A stretch of DNA of 40,011 nucleotides, from positions 1 through 40,011 of the forward strand of contig JBAVVE010000061.1 of the NCBI GenBank assembly GCA_049697135.1, given 5' to 3'. The DNA is from Candidatus Bathyarchaeia archaeon. Lineage in GTDB: Archaea; Thermoproteota; Bathyarchaeia; 40CM-2-53-6. Of this stretch, positions 31,651-40,011 are shown one piece after another. The notes beneath the pieces were generated by a model that saw only the letters and a program-made list of their open reading frames with translations, did no database searches and was not told where the DNA came from. A program made the translations under genes and the position numbers. Numbering within the stretch: the stretch's first letter is position 1; every line of letters begins with the position of its first letter.

Positions 31651-31941
31651 AACGGAGGCTCTGGCAGAGGATTTCTTGGCCTTAGAAAAAAGACAGCCAA
31701 ATCCTCTATGCCGCAGCAGTCGCGTGTACCGACGAACATTATGATTGTCGTAGTGTCTCCGCCGGTAGCCAATCCCAAAGCAGTGCCTACAGGTGTAAGA
31801 GGACAGAAGCCAAGCCTCGAAATGGCGCAAGAGAAGACGACTGAAGAAACATCGGTCAACCATAAGGGCGATGAGCCCCAGCCCCAGCCCCAGGATGAGC
31901 AACGACGCAAAGGCATAGGTAGGTTTCTGAGGGCCGACTAA
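31621..31941 (+). CDS. hypothetical protein carrying the SSDRRxLYG module
   Basis: 106 aa with a TTG start, a Gly/Arg tail (GNGGSGRGFLGLRKK) and an acidic, Gln-rich C-terminus. Confidence 0.5.
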   Translation: MSSDRRKLYGNGGSGRGFLGLRKKTAKSSMPQQSRVPTNIMIVVVSPPVANPKAVPTGVRGQKPSLEMAQEKTTEETSVNHKGDEPQPQPQDEQRRKGIGRFLRAD

Positions 31942-34001
31942 TGCGAGGACCGAGCAAAACGAGTGTGCTCAAGACTGTTCTTATTCTAGTCGTTCTTACT
32001 TTGAGTGTTCTTTCAGTAGCGCCGTTTGTGACTGAGTATCCAACTCAAGTCTATGCAACTGTACCCGCTAACGATTTTGGAATTGAATTGAGCCCGGCCA
32101 GTTTGTCGTTTTCACAGGGAGTAACTAGCACAAAGACATTTTCCGTATCTATGACCAATAACCATGCTACTGGTTGTACCGGCGGTGCTTGCCCGAATGA
32201 GCTGCTTGGGCTATTCACTCTTGAGACCGCGTATGTCTCTTTAGCAGTATCTTCTGACTCGCCACAAGTAACGGCAGGATTCATTGTGAACTTCTTTCCG
32301 AGCTATTTCGAAATTCCTGGTGGCCAAAGCAAGACTGTTCAAGGCTCGGTTAATGTAGCAAGTTCAGTTGCTACAGGTTCATACCATTTCACAATCATAG
32401 CAAGTGTGAGCTGGCCGAGTCTTACAGGACCAACAAAGTATCAGGCAGGTCTCAGCGTTGGCGTGAATATTCCACCGCCGCTTCCACCTACATCGCTGCC
32501 AAGCCAAGTGAATGTCGGTCAGACTTGGAGTGAGATGACGATCCATTTCAAGGACGGCTCACAACAGACTTTGAAGTCGTCGCAATCTGTTGTAGCGAAA
32601 CGGATAGCCCTGTACCAGTTGGCGAGATTGCCTCAGAGCATTGACTTCTACGTGAAGGCAGTCAATGTGCCGCAGTTGCCGCGACCCAGTTATGTGAGAT
32701 GGGATGGCACCACCCATACGGCAGCCGGATTCATTCTGAAAGTCACCACTAACGTCCGGATCCTCGTAAATGGCATGATCGTCTACACAAGCCCAAGCAA
32801 CGGCGTGAATATGTACTGGTCTCAAGAGGACTACGGTCTAATTCCTGAACTAGCTGGGTTCAAATCGTTTGGGTGGGGGCAACAGGCAGTTCAGTTCAGC
32901 ATGACAGGCTGGAATGCAGATAATTACTTGTCAAAGAGCCAGTCAACCACATTCGAATACTACTACACGCAGGACTGGTCTGTGTACGGTGTTTGGACTG
33001 AAGTTCATCTCGCTATTGGCGCACCCAGCTCAACGGTATGCGGAGGCTTAACTGACTGTGTCGATCGGATGAAACCTGTTTGGAGTGCGCATATCAATCA
33101 AGAGCCAATCACGACGACTGTACCCGCAGAAGAGGTCACAGTAGGTAAGCCGTTCTTCAAGGTCGGTGTCTCTCCGCTCTCCGCCACCATCGGCGTAAGC
33201 AGTGGGACAGTTCGAACCTTCCAAGTCCAAGCGCAAGGATTCTACGGGTTCAACTCAGAGATCACATTCTCCACGCAGAACTTGCCGACGGGAATCAGTG
33301 GTTCATGGGCGAAGCTAAAGGATACTCCTACGCAAGCGAACGGTTGGATTGCAAGTACGCAACTTACGATAACCACGTCTTCAGGAGCTAAACTGGGCGC
33401 ATACAACTTCGACATCGTGGGCTCCGGAGGAGGACTCACAAGTTCGGTCACAGTGAGTTTGACAGTGGAGCAGACAGCAGGACCGGATGAAACGGAAGGA
33501 AAGATCACGGCCTACGTCCATGTTAGTGTCGATCAAAGTGCGTATCAGCCGGGTGCACGGATCAAGGTCACAGGCTCAGTCAGTGATTACAACGGAAATG
33601 GGCTGCCGAATGTTCCTGTGAGTTTAACCTCGACCTTCAACTTCACTCAAGCCGTCACGACCGATTCTCACGGAACCTTCCAAGCCTCAACCGATGCGCC
33701 GACGACGGAGGGAAGATATTCTGTGACAGCCAGCTTCGCAGGTGACACATCAAAGTATGCAGGAGCCGAAGACACCGCGACATTCCAAGTAAGCGCCGAG
33801 GCCGGATCATCTCTGTGCAGCATACCACTGCTAGGCGCGATCCTTTGCGGAAACTGGCAGGGCCTACTTGACTGGCTATCAGCGAACTGGATCCTAGTCG
33901 TCATCGTCGTCGTAGGCCTGTATGTGCTCTATCGCGTCATTCGCTACTTCACCAGGCCGAAGTATCAGCAGTTTCGGCGGCAGTATGGCTCTTATCGTTG
34001 A
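31941..34001 (+). CDS. large cell-surface or envelope protein (Ig-like/CARDB-type repeats, C-terminal TM anchor)
   Basis: 686 aa with a signal/anchor (VLKTVLILVVLTLSVLSVAPF). The beta-rich repeats include FKVGVSPLSATIGVSSGTVRTFQV.. and a CarboxypepD_reg-like segment (VTTDSHGTFQASTDAP). The C-terminal TM is ILVVIVVVGLYVLY plus a basic tail. Confidence 0.7.
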   Translation: MRGPSKTSVLKTVLILVVLTLSVLSVAPFVTEYPTQVYATVPANDFGIELSPASLSFSQGVTSTKTFSVSMTNNHATGCTGGACPNELLGLFTLETAYVSLAVSSDSPQVTAGFIVNFFPSYFEIPGGQSKTVQGSVNVASSVATGSYHFTIIASVSWPSLTGPTKYQAGLSVGVNIPPPLPPTSLPSQVNVGQTWSEMTIHFKDGSQQTLKSSQSVVAKRIALYQLARLPQSIDFYVKAVNVPQLPRPSYVRWDGTTHTAAGFILKVTTNVRILVNGMIVYTSPSNGVNMYWSQEDYGLIPELAGFKSFGWGQQAVQFSMTGWNADNYLSKSQSTTFEYYYTQDWSVYGVWTEVHLAIGAPSSTVCGGLTDCVDRMKPVWSAHINQEPITTTVPAEEVTVGKPFFKVGVSPLSATIGVSSGTVRTFQVQAQGFYGFNSEITFSTQNLPTGISGSWAKLKDTPTQANGWIASTQLTITTSSGAKLGAYNFDIVGSGGGLTSSVTVSLTVEQTAGPDETEGKITAYVHVSVDQSAYQPGARIKVTGSVSDYNGNGLPNVPVSLTSTFNFTQAVTTDSHGTFQASTDAPTTEGRYSVTASFAGDTSKYAGAEDTATFQVSAEAGSSLCSIPLLGAILCGNWQGLLDWLSANWILVVIVVVGLYVLYRVIRYFTRPKYQQFRRQYGSYR

Positions 34002-34044
34002 GTATTTTCATGTTGAGGCCCAATGAGGGCCAGGAAAATAGAAA

Positions 34045-34524
34045 ATGCGTATTCCTTCAGGGAAAAGGATCTTCGCAGACGTCTTCTTCACAGGGCTATG
34101 GATTGTATTCTTGCCACTGATGCCGTTGCTAGGTAGGGTTTGGTGGGGAATTGGGTTCCTGCCGATCTATCTTCAGAGCATTGTTCTTGACATTTACATC
34201 ATTCCACGTCTACTTGTAGCTGTCTTTGTGCTTGGCATTCTAGGCAACTTCTCTTACCTCTGGTTCCGCAAGATCAACTGGTTCCTAGACTTCCTGTTTA
34301 CAGGTGGACTAGGATTCGTCGTCTTCGTCGCCTTCACTGTGAGACTCATCTACCTGCTACCCTTCGTCATTAACTTGGGATTCGTTGATTGGACAGACGC
34401 AGTTTCAACCTTCATCGGACTCATCATCCTCGGCGCAATCCTCAACGTCACACACAGACTCATCGATAGCCAGCTAGACAAGCGCCTCGCACAGGGCTTC
34501 CAGGGCATGCAGAGCCAAATCTGA
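34045..34524 (+). CDS. integral membrane protein
   Basis: 159 aa with 4-5 TM helices. TATTTTCATGTTGAGG box at 34003-34018. Confidence 0.6.
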   Translation: MRIPSGKRIFADVFFTGLWIVFLPLMPLLGRVWWGIGFLPIYLQSIVLDIYIIPRLLVAVFVLGILGNFSYLWFRKINWFLDFLFTGGLGFVVFVAFTVRLIYLLPFVINLGFVDWTDAVSTFIGLIILGAILNVTHRLIDSQLDKRLAQGFQGMQSQI

Positions 34525-34576
34525 CCGCATTTTCATGTTGAGGTAAAGAAGCCTCGCAAATAGGTGAAAATAGGAA

Positions 34577-35845
34577 TTGAAGACCTCGCGTAAGACGCTC
34601 AGGCTCAACACTTCGGGAATATCAACTCTAGGCATAGCAGCGATTGCCATCATCCTCTTGATAGGCTCAATCGTAGTGGCTGGCGTTGCCACTAATCAGA
34701 TCAGCTTGACCGGCGGAGAAACACCTCCGTGTGGTGCAGGAACTCAATGGAATGGCAGTGAGTGTGTTGCAACCGGAACACCACCACCACCACCTGTCAC
34801 AGGTCTCGGCAGCCCAACTTCAGCTCTCTACAGGGTCGGCGTAACCGACCTTTACGGTGCAGCATTGATCACCGCTGCCACAGGTGTGGACGTGATCAGC
34901 CAGAGTAACCTTGACACGAGACATGACAATGTGGTAATGACTGCTACAGCAACGGCGGGAGCACAGGCGCTCGCTTCAGGTGCCAACCTATACTTCCACG
35001 TGTACTCAACAGCAGGCAACGGATACTACAATCGCTGGTTCAAAGTGACCGATCTCAAGGTCGGAGCAGCCGTTGAATTGATGACCCCGGTTTGGCATGA
35101 TGCGCAGCCAATCGGAACGTGGGACTACAGCTACATGTCTATTGGCAATGTCGAGTACCTTGCGGGTGCAACTCCATATTGGCTCTTTCCAACATTCCCC
35201 TTGATTCAGCGGTCCACAGCGGCCAATGTGGGCTACGCAGCGCAATGGGCTGGTGCAACAACAGTTTCAGCGACAGGTGCATCATCGACAACGTATGCCA
35301 GTGGTCTGAAGTACAATGCTACAGGGCCAACTTTCAAGATGAAGTTTGAGATCAGCACTGCCGCTGTGAGCACAAGTATCGGTCAGCCGATGCTTGTATT
35401 GACTTCCACGCTACCAAGACAATTCAGGGCATTATTCTTCATCCTGTGGTTCAGCTTGAACAATACTCAGTGCATTGACAGTGACGGTCCATTCGTGAAC
35501 GGCTTCCACAAAGTACCATTCAGCTCAACAGTCTACAGTGTCTACTACAAAGTCATCAACGCCGTAACCAGCACCCAGAACAGCGGTGGCAACCGCGCTG
35601 AAGAAATCAGCATGAACACTTCGCCAGTCGGAGGACTTGTCTTTATCCAAGTCAAGTTCTGGTGCACTGACTTGCAATCACCAACCGATGCAGCAGGCGG
35701 CGCATCTGACAACTATCCACTACCCTACGGTGGCATGACCGCGATCGGAACAGGAACAAGCCTAATCGATGCTAACGGCTTCCAATACGCCGCTGCCGTA
35801 CCAGCGAACGAATGCTGCTACACAAACATAGAAACCAGCGCCTAG
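34577..35845 (+). CDS. secreted or structural protein with a possible class III (pilin-like) signal peptide
   Basis: 422 aa with a TTG start behind GGTGA. Basic N-terminus, then ..NTSG|ISTLGIAAIAIILLIGSIVVAGVA and a PPPPP linker. CATTTTCATGTTGAGG box at 34528-34543. Confidence 0.6.
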   Translation: MKTSRKTLRLNTSGISTLGIAAIAIILLIGSIVVAGVATNQISLTGGETPPCGAGTQWNGSECVATGTPPPPPVTGLGSPTSALYRVGVTDLYGAALITAATGVDVISQSNLDTRHDNVVMTATATAGAQALASGANLYFHVYSTAGNGYYNRWFKVTDLKVGAAVELMTPVWHDAQPIGTWDYSYMSIGNVEYLAGATPYWLFPTFPLIQRSTAANVGYAAQWAGATTVSATGASSTTYASGLKYNATGPTFKMKFEISTAAVSTSIGQPMLVLTSTLPRQFRALFFILWFSLNNTQCIDSDGPFVNGFHKVPFSSTVYSVYYKVINAVTSTQNSGGNRAEEISMNTSPVGGLVFIQVKFWCTDLQSPTDAAGGASDNYPLPYGGMTAIGTGTSLIDANGFQYAAAVPANECCYTNIETSA

Positions 35846-35999
35846 TCACACCATAGCGCCATCAGTCGCCTAGTATTGGCGTAAGAAGTGAAGAAGTCCA
35901 AGTCTGAGCGAAGAGGAAAAGGCGACACAACTCGACGATGAAGCCCCAGTTGGCTGATGTCGATCCCCTTTTTGGCAAGATTCCGGTAAAGAATACTAA

Positions 36000-36033
36000 G
36001 AATCTCCCGACTTTCAGTCGCGGAGAGAGTCAA
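36000..36033 (+). repeat. 33-nt hairpin repeat, copy 3 (solo)
   Basis: GAATCTCCCGACTTTCAGTCGCGGAGAGAGTCAA. No tnpB-like coding sequence lies upstream. Confidence 0.7.
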
Positions 36034-36070
36034 GAGTTCTTCTGAGAACTATTTTCTTAATGAACACTCC

Positions 36071-37024
36071 TTGTTTCCCGCAACCACGGACATTCTAACG
36101 AACTTCATCAGCTTCGGGTTCTACGCGGACTTTGCATGGAATGGAGAAGAACGTTTCGAGCATATTCTGGCACGTTTGGAGGATGTTCTGGATCAGGTCG
36201 TGAATGGTTGGCAGGAGGGCAGACAGAGAACTGGTACGGGTCGTGGCCGGAAGCATAAGCCGCGAGAGAAGACGCATGTTGCGGACATTGAGCTTTTTCA
36301 AGCGTTGTCGTTGCTGTTCTTCTTCATGTATTTTGGTTTGAATACGGTAAATATTGCGGCGCAGTTCAACCGTTTTGTCTTCTACGGTATGCTTCTCTTA
36401 GGCTCGTTGGTGTCGCTGAATACGACGATGATTCGGCATGGCTTACCGATGCCAGGTAAGAATGTTCCAGATTGGGATGAGAACTTTGAGTGGTGGCATC
36501 TCGGCATCATCATGGCTAGTGTAAGCGCAATCTACGCCCTCAACACCCTTTTTCTGGGGCCACTATCAACCGCTTTCCCGGAGCCGATGTCAGGCACACT
36601 TGCTCCCATAGCGTTTGCGTTGATTCCTCAGGTGTGGGCGAACCTGATTCAGCAGATATTATGGCAAACTTTCGTAGTCGCATTCGCGGAAGAAACATTG
36701 AAGATAGCTGTGATTTTGCCGTTCTCGCGGCGCTGGCAGCTTGAGTTCATCATGGCACCAGTAGTGATAGGAATCTGGGCAGAGGGCCACAGCGTACTCG
36801 CCTACGGAGGCGCATTTTGGCCTCTGGTCGCAGCATTCGCAGGAGGCATAATCATCTACGCAATCATCCGCATCACACGAAACCTGCTCACAGGGGTCAT
36901 CGCCCACGCCGGCATAAATTTGATTTCTCTGGTACCAATGATGAGTAATTTGTTACCAACTGTGAGAGTTGCTACCGCAGGAGTGCTCATCAGCTACCTC
37001 TCTCCTCTCCTTGTGTCCCCTTAA
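36071..37024 (+). CDS. CPBP (CAAX protease / Abi, PF02517-like) intramembrane metalloprotease candidate
   Basis: 317 aa, multi-TM. It has FAEETLKIAV (EE motif), WAEGHSVLAY and VIAHAGINLI (HxxxN). The first motif lacks the usual Arg. Confidence 0.5.
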   Translation: MFPATTDILTNFISFGFYADFAWNGEERFEHILARLEDVLDQVVNGWQEGRQRTGTGRGRKHKPREKTHVADIELFQALSLLFFFMYFGLNTVNIAAQFNRFVFYGMLLLGSLVSLNTTMIRHGLPMPGKNVPDWDENFEWWHLGIIMASVSAIYALNTLFLGPLSTAFPEPMSGTLAPIAFALIPQVWANLIQQILWQTFVVAFAEETLKIAVILPFSRRWQLEFIMAPVVIGIWAEGHSVLAYGGAFWPLVAAFAGGIIIYAIIRITRNLLTGVIAHAGINLISLVPMMSNLLPTVRVATAGVLISYLSPLLVSP

Positions 37025-37170
37025 GCGAAGCGCTCATGACACCTTCCTTGGCACCGTCGGCCTTGAGGCATCTCTTTTTCCTCTCGTTCGACTCGGTCCT
37101 CCCCCGGACTGAATTGCTCCAACCCACTGCCAGCGATGATGGCACATACATTTTCCTATTATAGTGAGCT

Positions 37171-38586
37171 TTGATGGCTAGGTCGGGTTCAATCTTTCGT
37201 TTCATCGCTATTCTCGCGGCTGTGCTGTTGTTGGGGATTTTGTTTGTTTCGCCTTTCAAAGAAAGTTTCGGCTGGAGCACAAGCACGCAGGCAGGCACTG
37301 GCGTGTTTGTGGCAACTCGTACATTCGTCTTCACGACGACTGATCAGTATGGAAACCTAGTCACGTCCACTATGACTAGCACATACCTCACCACTTCTCA
37401 GACAACATCCGGGACGGCTACTGCTTGCGCGGTAGGGTCCATACTTGTGAATGGTAACTGCGTGAAACCCGGCCAAGCCTACCTGACACTCACATTGACC
37501 GGAACGACTGTTCTGCTTGACAAGGACGGGAATGCGCTTTCCACGAGGACCATCGAAATTGTTCCCGCCACTGGTGGTGCAGCCGCATCCAAGTACGGCT
37601 TCACTCTTGACGCGACTGTGGCAGGTGTCGGCATTCAATGGGACACCCTACAAGTGATTGTTTCCTTGGGCGGCGTAGTTGGTCAGCCAAGTCTGACTGA
37701 CCCGAACAAGGCGGACATCGTCAACGATGCGGGCATAGTGAAACATGTGACCTCGAATCAGAAGACAAGCCACGTCACGGGCGACATCACTATTGATCAA
37801 TTACTCGGTGGAAAATCATGGGATCACGGACGGTATTTAATGCCGGCGCTTGGAGTCGTCGCAACCGCGACGGCGAAAATTGCTCCAGGCTACACTTACG
37901 AACTCGCAGGAACTCCGACTGACACAGTCGGGATAATCACATCTCCAGTGGTTTCGCTTGCGAGCCTCAAATGGTATCAGCCTCCCACGCCTACGCCTAC
38001 ACAGACAGGTGTAATGACCGCTGCACAGACAACTGTAAGGACCGAGGGACGTGAAACAACCGAAACAACCCAAAGAGCAACCGAAACAACCGAAAGAGCA
38101 ACCGAAACAACCGAAAGAACAACCGAAGCGCCCGAAGCAACCAAACCGCCAGTCGCAACATTCGGTCCTTTCACGGCTAATGTGGTTACTGTTCCTGCGC
38201 TTCTTCCAGTGTCGACTGTGACGAAAGCCGTTGTTGTGGAGGAGGCCGCTAAGACCGTTAGGGAGATCGCAATCAGAGAAGCGACAACAAAAGAGCCAAC
38301 GGTGAAGTTTCCTGACAAACCGTTGCCTGCGGAGAAGAAAGTGATCAAGGTCGTCAATAAGATCGGCGGCACCGGAGCGACGTACATGGAGCAGCTTCTA
38401 GGAGCCCCAACCCTAATCGAGATTTGGAGCGAAGTCGGAAGCAACATCCAACTAGGATCCTCTGGGCGACTCCCAATGCTCCTCATCTCCATTACCCTAA
38501 TGGTAGTGGCTGTAGTTTGGGTTCTAAGTGACAGAAATGCCAAGAAACGGTTCAAGCATCTAAGCGGATGGTTCTCAAACATCTAG
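37171..38586 (+). CDS. surface protein with a Thr/Glu-rich tandem-repeat stalk and C-terminal TM anchor
   Basis: 471 aa with a signal/anchor (FIAILAAVLLLGILFV). Repeats are TETTQRA/TETTERA/TETTERT. The C-terminus is LPMLLISITLMVVAVVWVL plus KKR. Confidence 0.7.
   Translation: MMARSGSIFRFIAILAAVLLLGILFVSPFKESFGWSTSTQAGTGVFVATRTFVFTTTDQYGNLVTSTMTSTYLTTSQTTSGTATACAVGSILVNGNCVKPGQAYLTLTLTGTTVLLDKDGNALSTRTIEIVPATGGAAASKYGFTLDATVAGVGIQWDTLQVIVSLGGVVGQPSLTDPNKADIVNDAGIVKHVTSNQKTSHVTGDITIDQLLGGKSWDHGRYLMPALGVVATATAKIAPGYTYELAGTPTDTVGIITSPVVSLASLKWYQPPTPTPTQTGVMTAAQTTVRTEGRETTETTQRATETTERATETTERTTEAPEATKPPVATFGPFTANVVTVPALLPVSTVTKAVVVEEAAKTVREIAIREATTKEPTVKFPDKPLPAEKKVIKVVNKIGGTGATYMEQLLGAPTLIEIWSEVGSNIQLGSSGRLPMLLISITLMVVAVVWVLSDRNAKKRFKHLSGWFSNI
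38059..38121 (+). repeat. three tandem 21-bp in-frame repeats
   Basis: ACCGAAACAACC(C/G)AAAGA(G/A)CA x3 at 38059, 38080 and 38101. Confidence 0.85.
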
Positions 38587-38597
38587 GGTTCGCTGGC

Positions 38598-39368
38598 TCA
38601 AGTAGTCAAGATGATCTGGAACCTTCTTGCATTAGTCTGGATACGAGCGAACCAAGCAATCGGAATTATGTTTGTGTAATCGAAACCTGTCATCTTTGAT
38701 AGTTCTTTCTCGCTGAATCCTAGAACATGAAGTAGCTCATGAGATAGGACATGTTCGTTGACATAGTTCGCATCCAATGCGATCACATGATTCACTTCGC
38801 AACCGGCGATCTCACCTATCTTGCCTTTTCCGAGATCCGAGAATATGCCTACTGGGATGTCTCTTACTGAATAGAGCTTCAACGCTCTATCTATCCAAGC
38901 ACCTTGGCAGTAGTGATCAGTCGTCAAAGGCATGAATGCTTGGGGCTCCGCATGATAGATGAAGTAGTAGACTTGGAATCTGTCCCAGATCGCATCATTC
39001 ATTCTCTGAACTACATGCTCAATCTCGTGAATATTGACAGAAGCGTTTGGAGCCCATAACAACGTCAAACCGACTGTGATGTAACTTGCGCGTTTCAACT
39101 GTTCGCGTAGCGTCTGGATTTCTTGTTCTTGAGCATTGAGTCGTTTCTCAAGTTCCACAACACGAGCCTGAGTTTGACTCAGTTGCCATCCTTGGTCTGA
39201 GAGACGCAATTCTTGAAGCGAAAGTTGGAGTGCTTGTTTTGAGAGCCGATTCTTGAGTTGAGTGTTCTCGGCGGTGAGCTGCTGGTTTCGACTGTATTCG
39301 TAGATGTTGAAGATTCCCATGCCAGAAACGAGAAGAATGACGAAGATGACGGGAACTAGACGGTTCAT
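38598..39368 (-). CDS. membrane-anchored coiled-coil protein with a C-terminal HExxH zinc-peptidase motif
   Basis: 256 aa. N-terminal TM is LVPVIFVILLVSGMGIF. Heptad-rich segment is QALQLSLQELRLSDQGWQLSQTQARVVELEKRL. The peptidase motif is SHELLHVLGF. Confidence 0.65.
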   Translation of the reverse strand: MNRLVPVIFVILLVSGMGIFNIYEYSRNQQLTAENTQLKNRLSKQALQLSLQELRLSDQGWQLSQTQARVVELEKRLNAQEQEIQTLREQLKRASYITVGLTLLWAPNASVNIHEIEHVVQRMNDAIWDRFQVYYFIYHAEPQAFMPLTTDHYCQGAWIDRALKLYSVRDIPVGIFSDLGKGKIGEIAGCEVNHVIALDANYVNEHVLSHELLHVLGFSEKELSKMTGFDYTNIIPIAWFARIQTNARRFQIILTT

Positions 39369-39435
39369 GTGGCCACCCCAGGGTATTTCTCGACCACTTT
39401 GACTCGGATTTTACCGTATAGTGCCAAGGTAGCAT

Positions 39436-39594
39436 CTACACCTTCTCGATAACGAGACGTTCGCCATCAATGCGTACTTTGACTTTTCCTTTCTTGCCCC
39501 TGAGTGGGCAAGCGGAATCGTTGGCTATCGTAGCAGGTAAGTAGACGTAGGCTTTGCCATCAGTTCGCCAATAGCGTCCTTCAGCTTCTAACAT
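39436..39594 (-). CDS. 52-aa AbrB/SpoVT-like protein
   Basis: The reverse strand reads MLEAEGRYWRTDGKAYVYLPATIANDSACPLRGKKGKVKVRIDGERLVIEKV. It is below the track cutoff and shows the ..vylPa.ia..l.l..G..v.v..dg..lvi pattern. Confidence 0.45.
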   Translation of the reverse strand: MLEAEGRYWRTDGKAYVYLPATIANDSACPLRGKKGKVKVRIDGERLVIEKV

Positions 39595-39633
39595 AGGTAT
39601 GCCCTAAAGTATTCCCTGCCGACAGACCTATAT

Positions 39634-39939
39634 ATGGCTACCGCAATAGTCTGCCTCACAGAAAGACATACAGGTGTATGCGGGATGATCGGGAAAAACG
39701 ATGGCGGAAAGATCAAGGGGACAGGTGTTGTGCGTGTGTGTTTGTGGGTTCCGAAGGGGCTTCTTGGCTTTCTAGGTGATCTCTTGAAGGTCACAGGGTC
39801 TGAGATGACGGTGACGGAGGTTCTGGAGAAGGAGCTGTCTATGTGTCCAGACGCGATTCTCAGTGAACTGCCAGACAACTGGTTCAATCCGCAACGCATC
39901 CGCAAGAAGTACAATCTGCCGGAACCAGAAGACTGCTAG
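39634..39939 (+). CDS. hypothetical protein
   Basis: 101 aa, divergent from the AbrB-like ORF. Confidence 0.45.
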   Translation: MATAIVCLTERHTGVCGMIGKNDGGKIKGTGVVRVCLWVPKGLLGFLGDLLKVTGSEMTVTEVLEKELSMCPDAILSELPDNWFNPQRIRKKYNLPEPEDC

Positions 39940-39952
39940 GGCGTGGAGAATT

Positions 39953-40011
39953 GTGGAACCGGAGCCTCAGGCGAAGGATATTGGCAGAATCTTCTACGAG
40001 AACGGTCAAGC
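39953..40011 (+). CDS. 5' part of a paralogue of ORF 21848 (runs off the window)
   Basis: GTG 39953 then EPEPQAKDIGRIFYENGQ. 39971-40011 matches 21983-22023 at 39 of 41 nt. Confidence 0.45.
   Translation, partial: MEPEPQAKDIGRIFYENGQ

Noticed and set aside
38053-38145. Tandem repeats as a possible CRISPR or minisatellite array (also 9462-9768)
   Set aside because: The repeats are contiguous, in frame and without spacers. They encode Thr/Glu or Cys-rich peptide repeats inside long ORFs.
1-40011. Stop-codon reassignment or an alternative genetic code
   Set aside because: The standard code gives dense, non-overlapping ORFs that end in all three stop codons and carry recognisable full-length domains. 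The in-frame stops around the TnpB-like gene are local.

Overview
The window is gene-dense and almost entirely + strand. It reads like an archaeal-type accessory or mobile region (integrated virus or plasmid-like element), not core chromosome. I found no rRNA, tRNA or CRISPR array.

Recognisable content:
- A tyrosine integrase (1285-2286, - strand).
- A translationally coupled MoxR-AAA+ / HExxH-VWA / SWIM operon (10.3-15.4 kb).
- A chained DNA-metabolism module with a minimal ATP-dependent DNA ligase and a C5 cytosine methyltransferase (15.4-20.7 kb).
- AbrB, RHH and wHTH regulators.
- Three TnpB-type genes: one intact, one lacking the zinc finger, and one frameshifted relic.
- A GIY-YIG nuclease split by a 481-aa LAGLIDADG intein.
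- A block of secreted or membrane proteins (PKD with a PEF-CTERM-like tail, Thr/Glu-rich stalks, CPBP and HExxH proteases).

Four signals are not explained by ordinary annotation:
1. A five-copy TTG/GTG-initiated N-terminal module (SSDRRxLYG plus a Gly/Arg/Lys tail) heads unrelated ORFs. The copies are chained in one reading frame around the TnpB-like gene.
2. A strongly over-represented dyad motif, TTWCA-SS-TGWAA, is concentrated at gene boundaries of the 14.6-22.4 kb module. Its perfect palindrome lies in a 424-bp non-coding, strand-asymmetric, iteron-rich region (9867-10290).
3. A 33-nt hairpin repeat is shared by the TnpB right end and two solo sites.
4. A CATTTTC-type box sits upstream of many genes.

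All calls come from reading the sequence and motif memory. No database searches were run.
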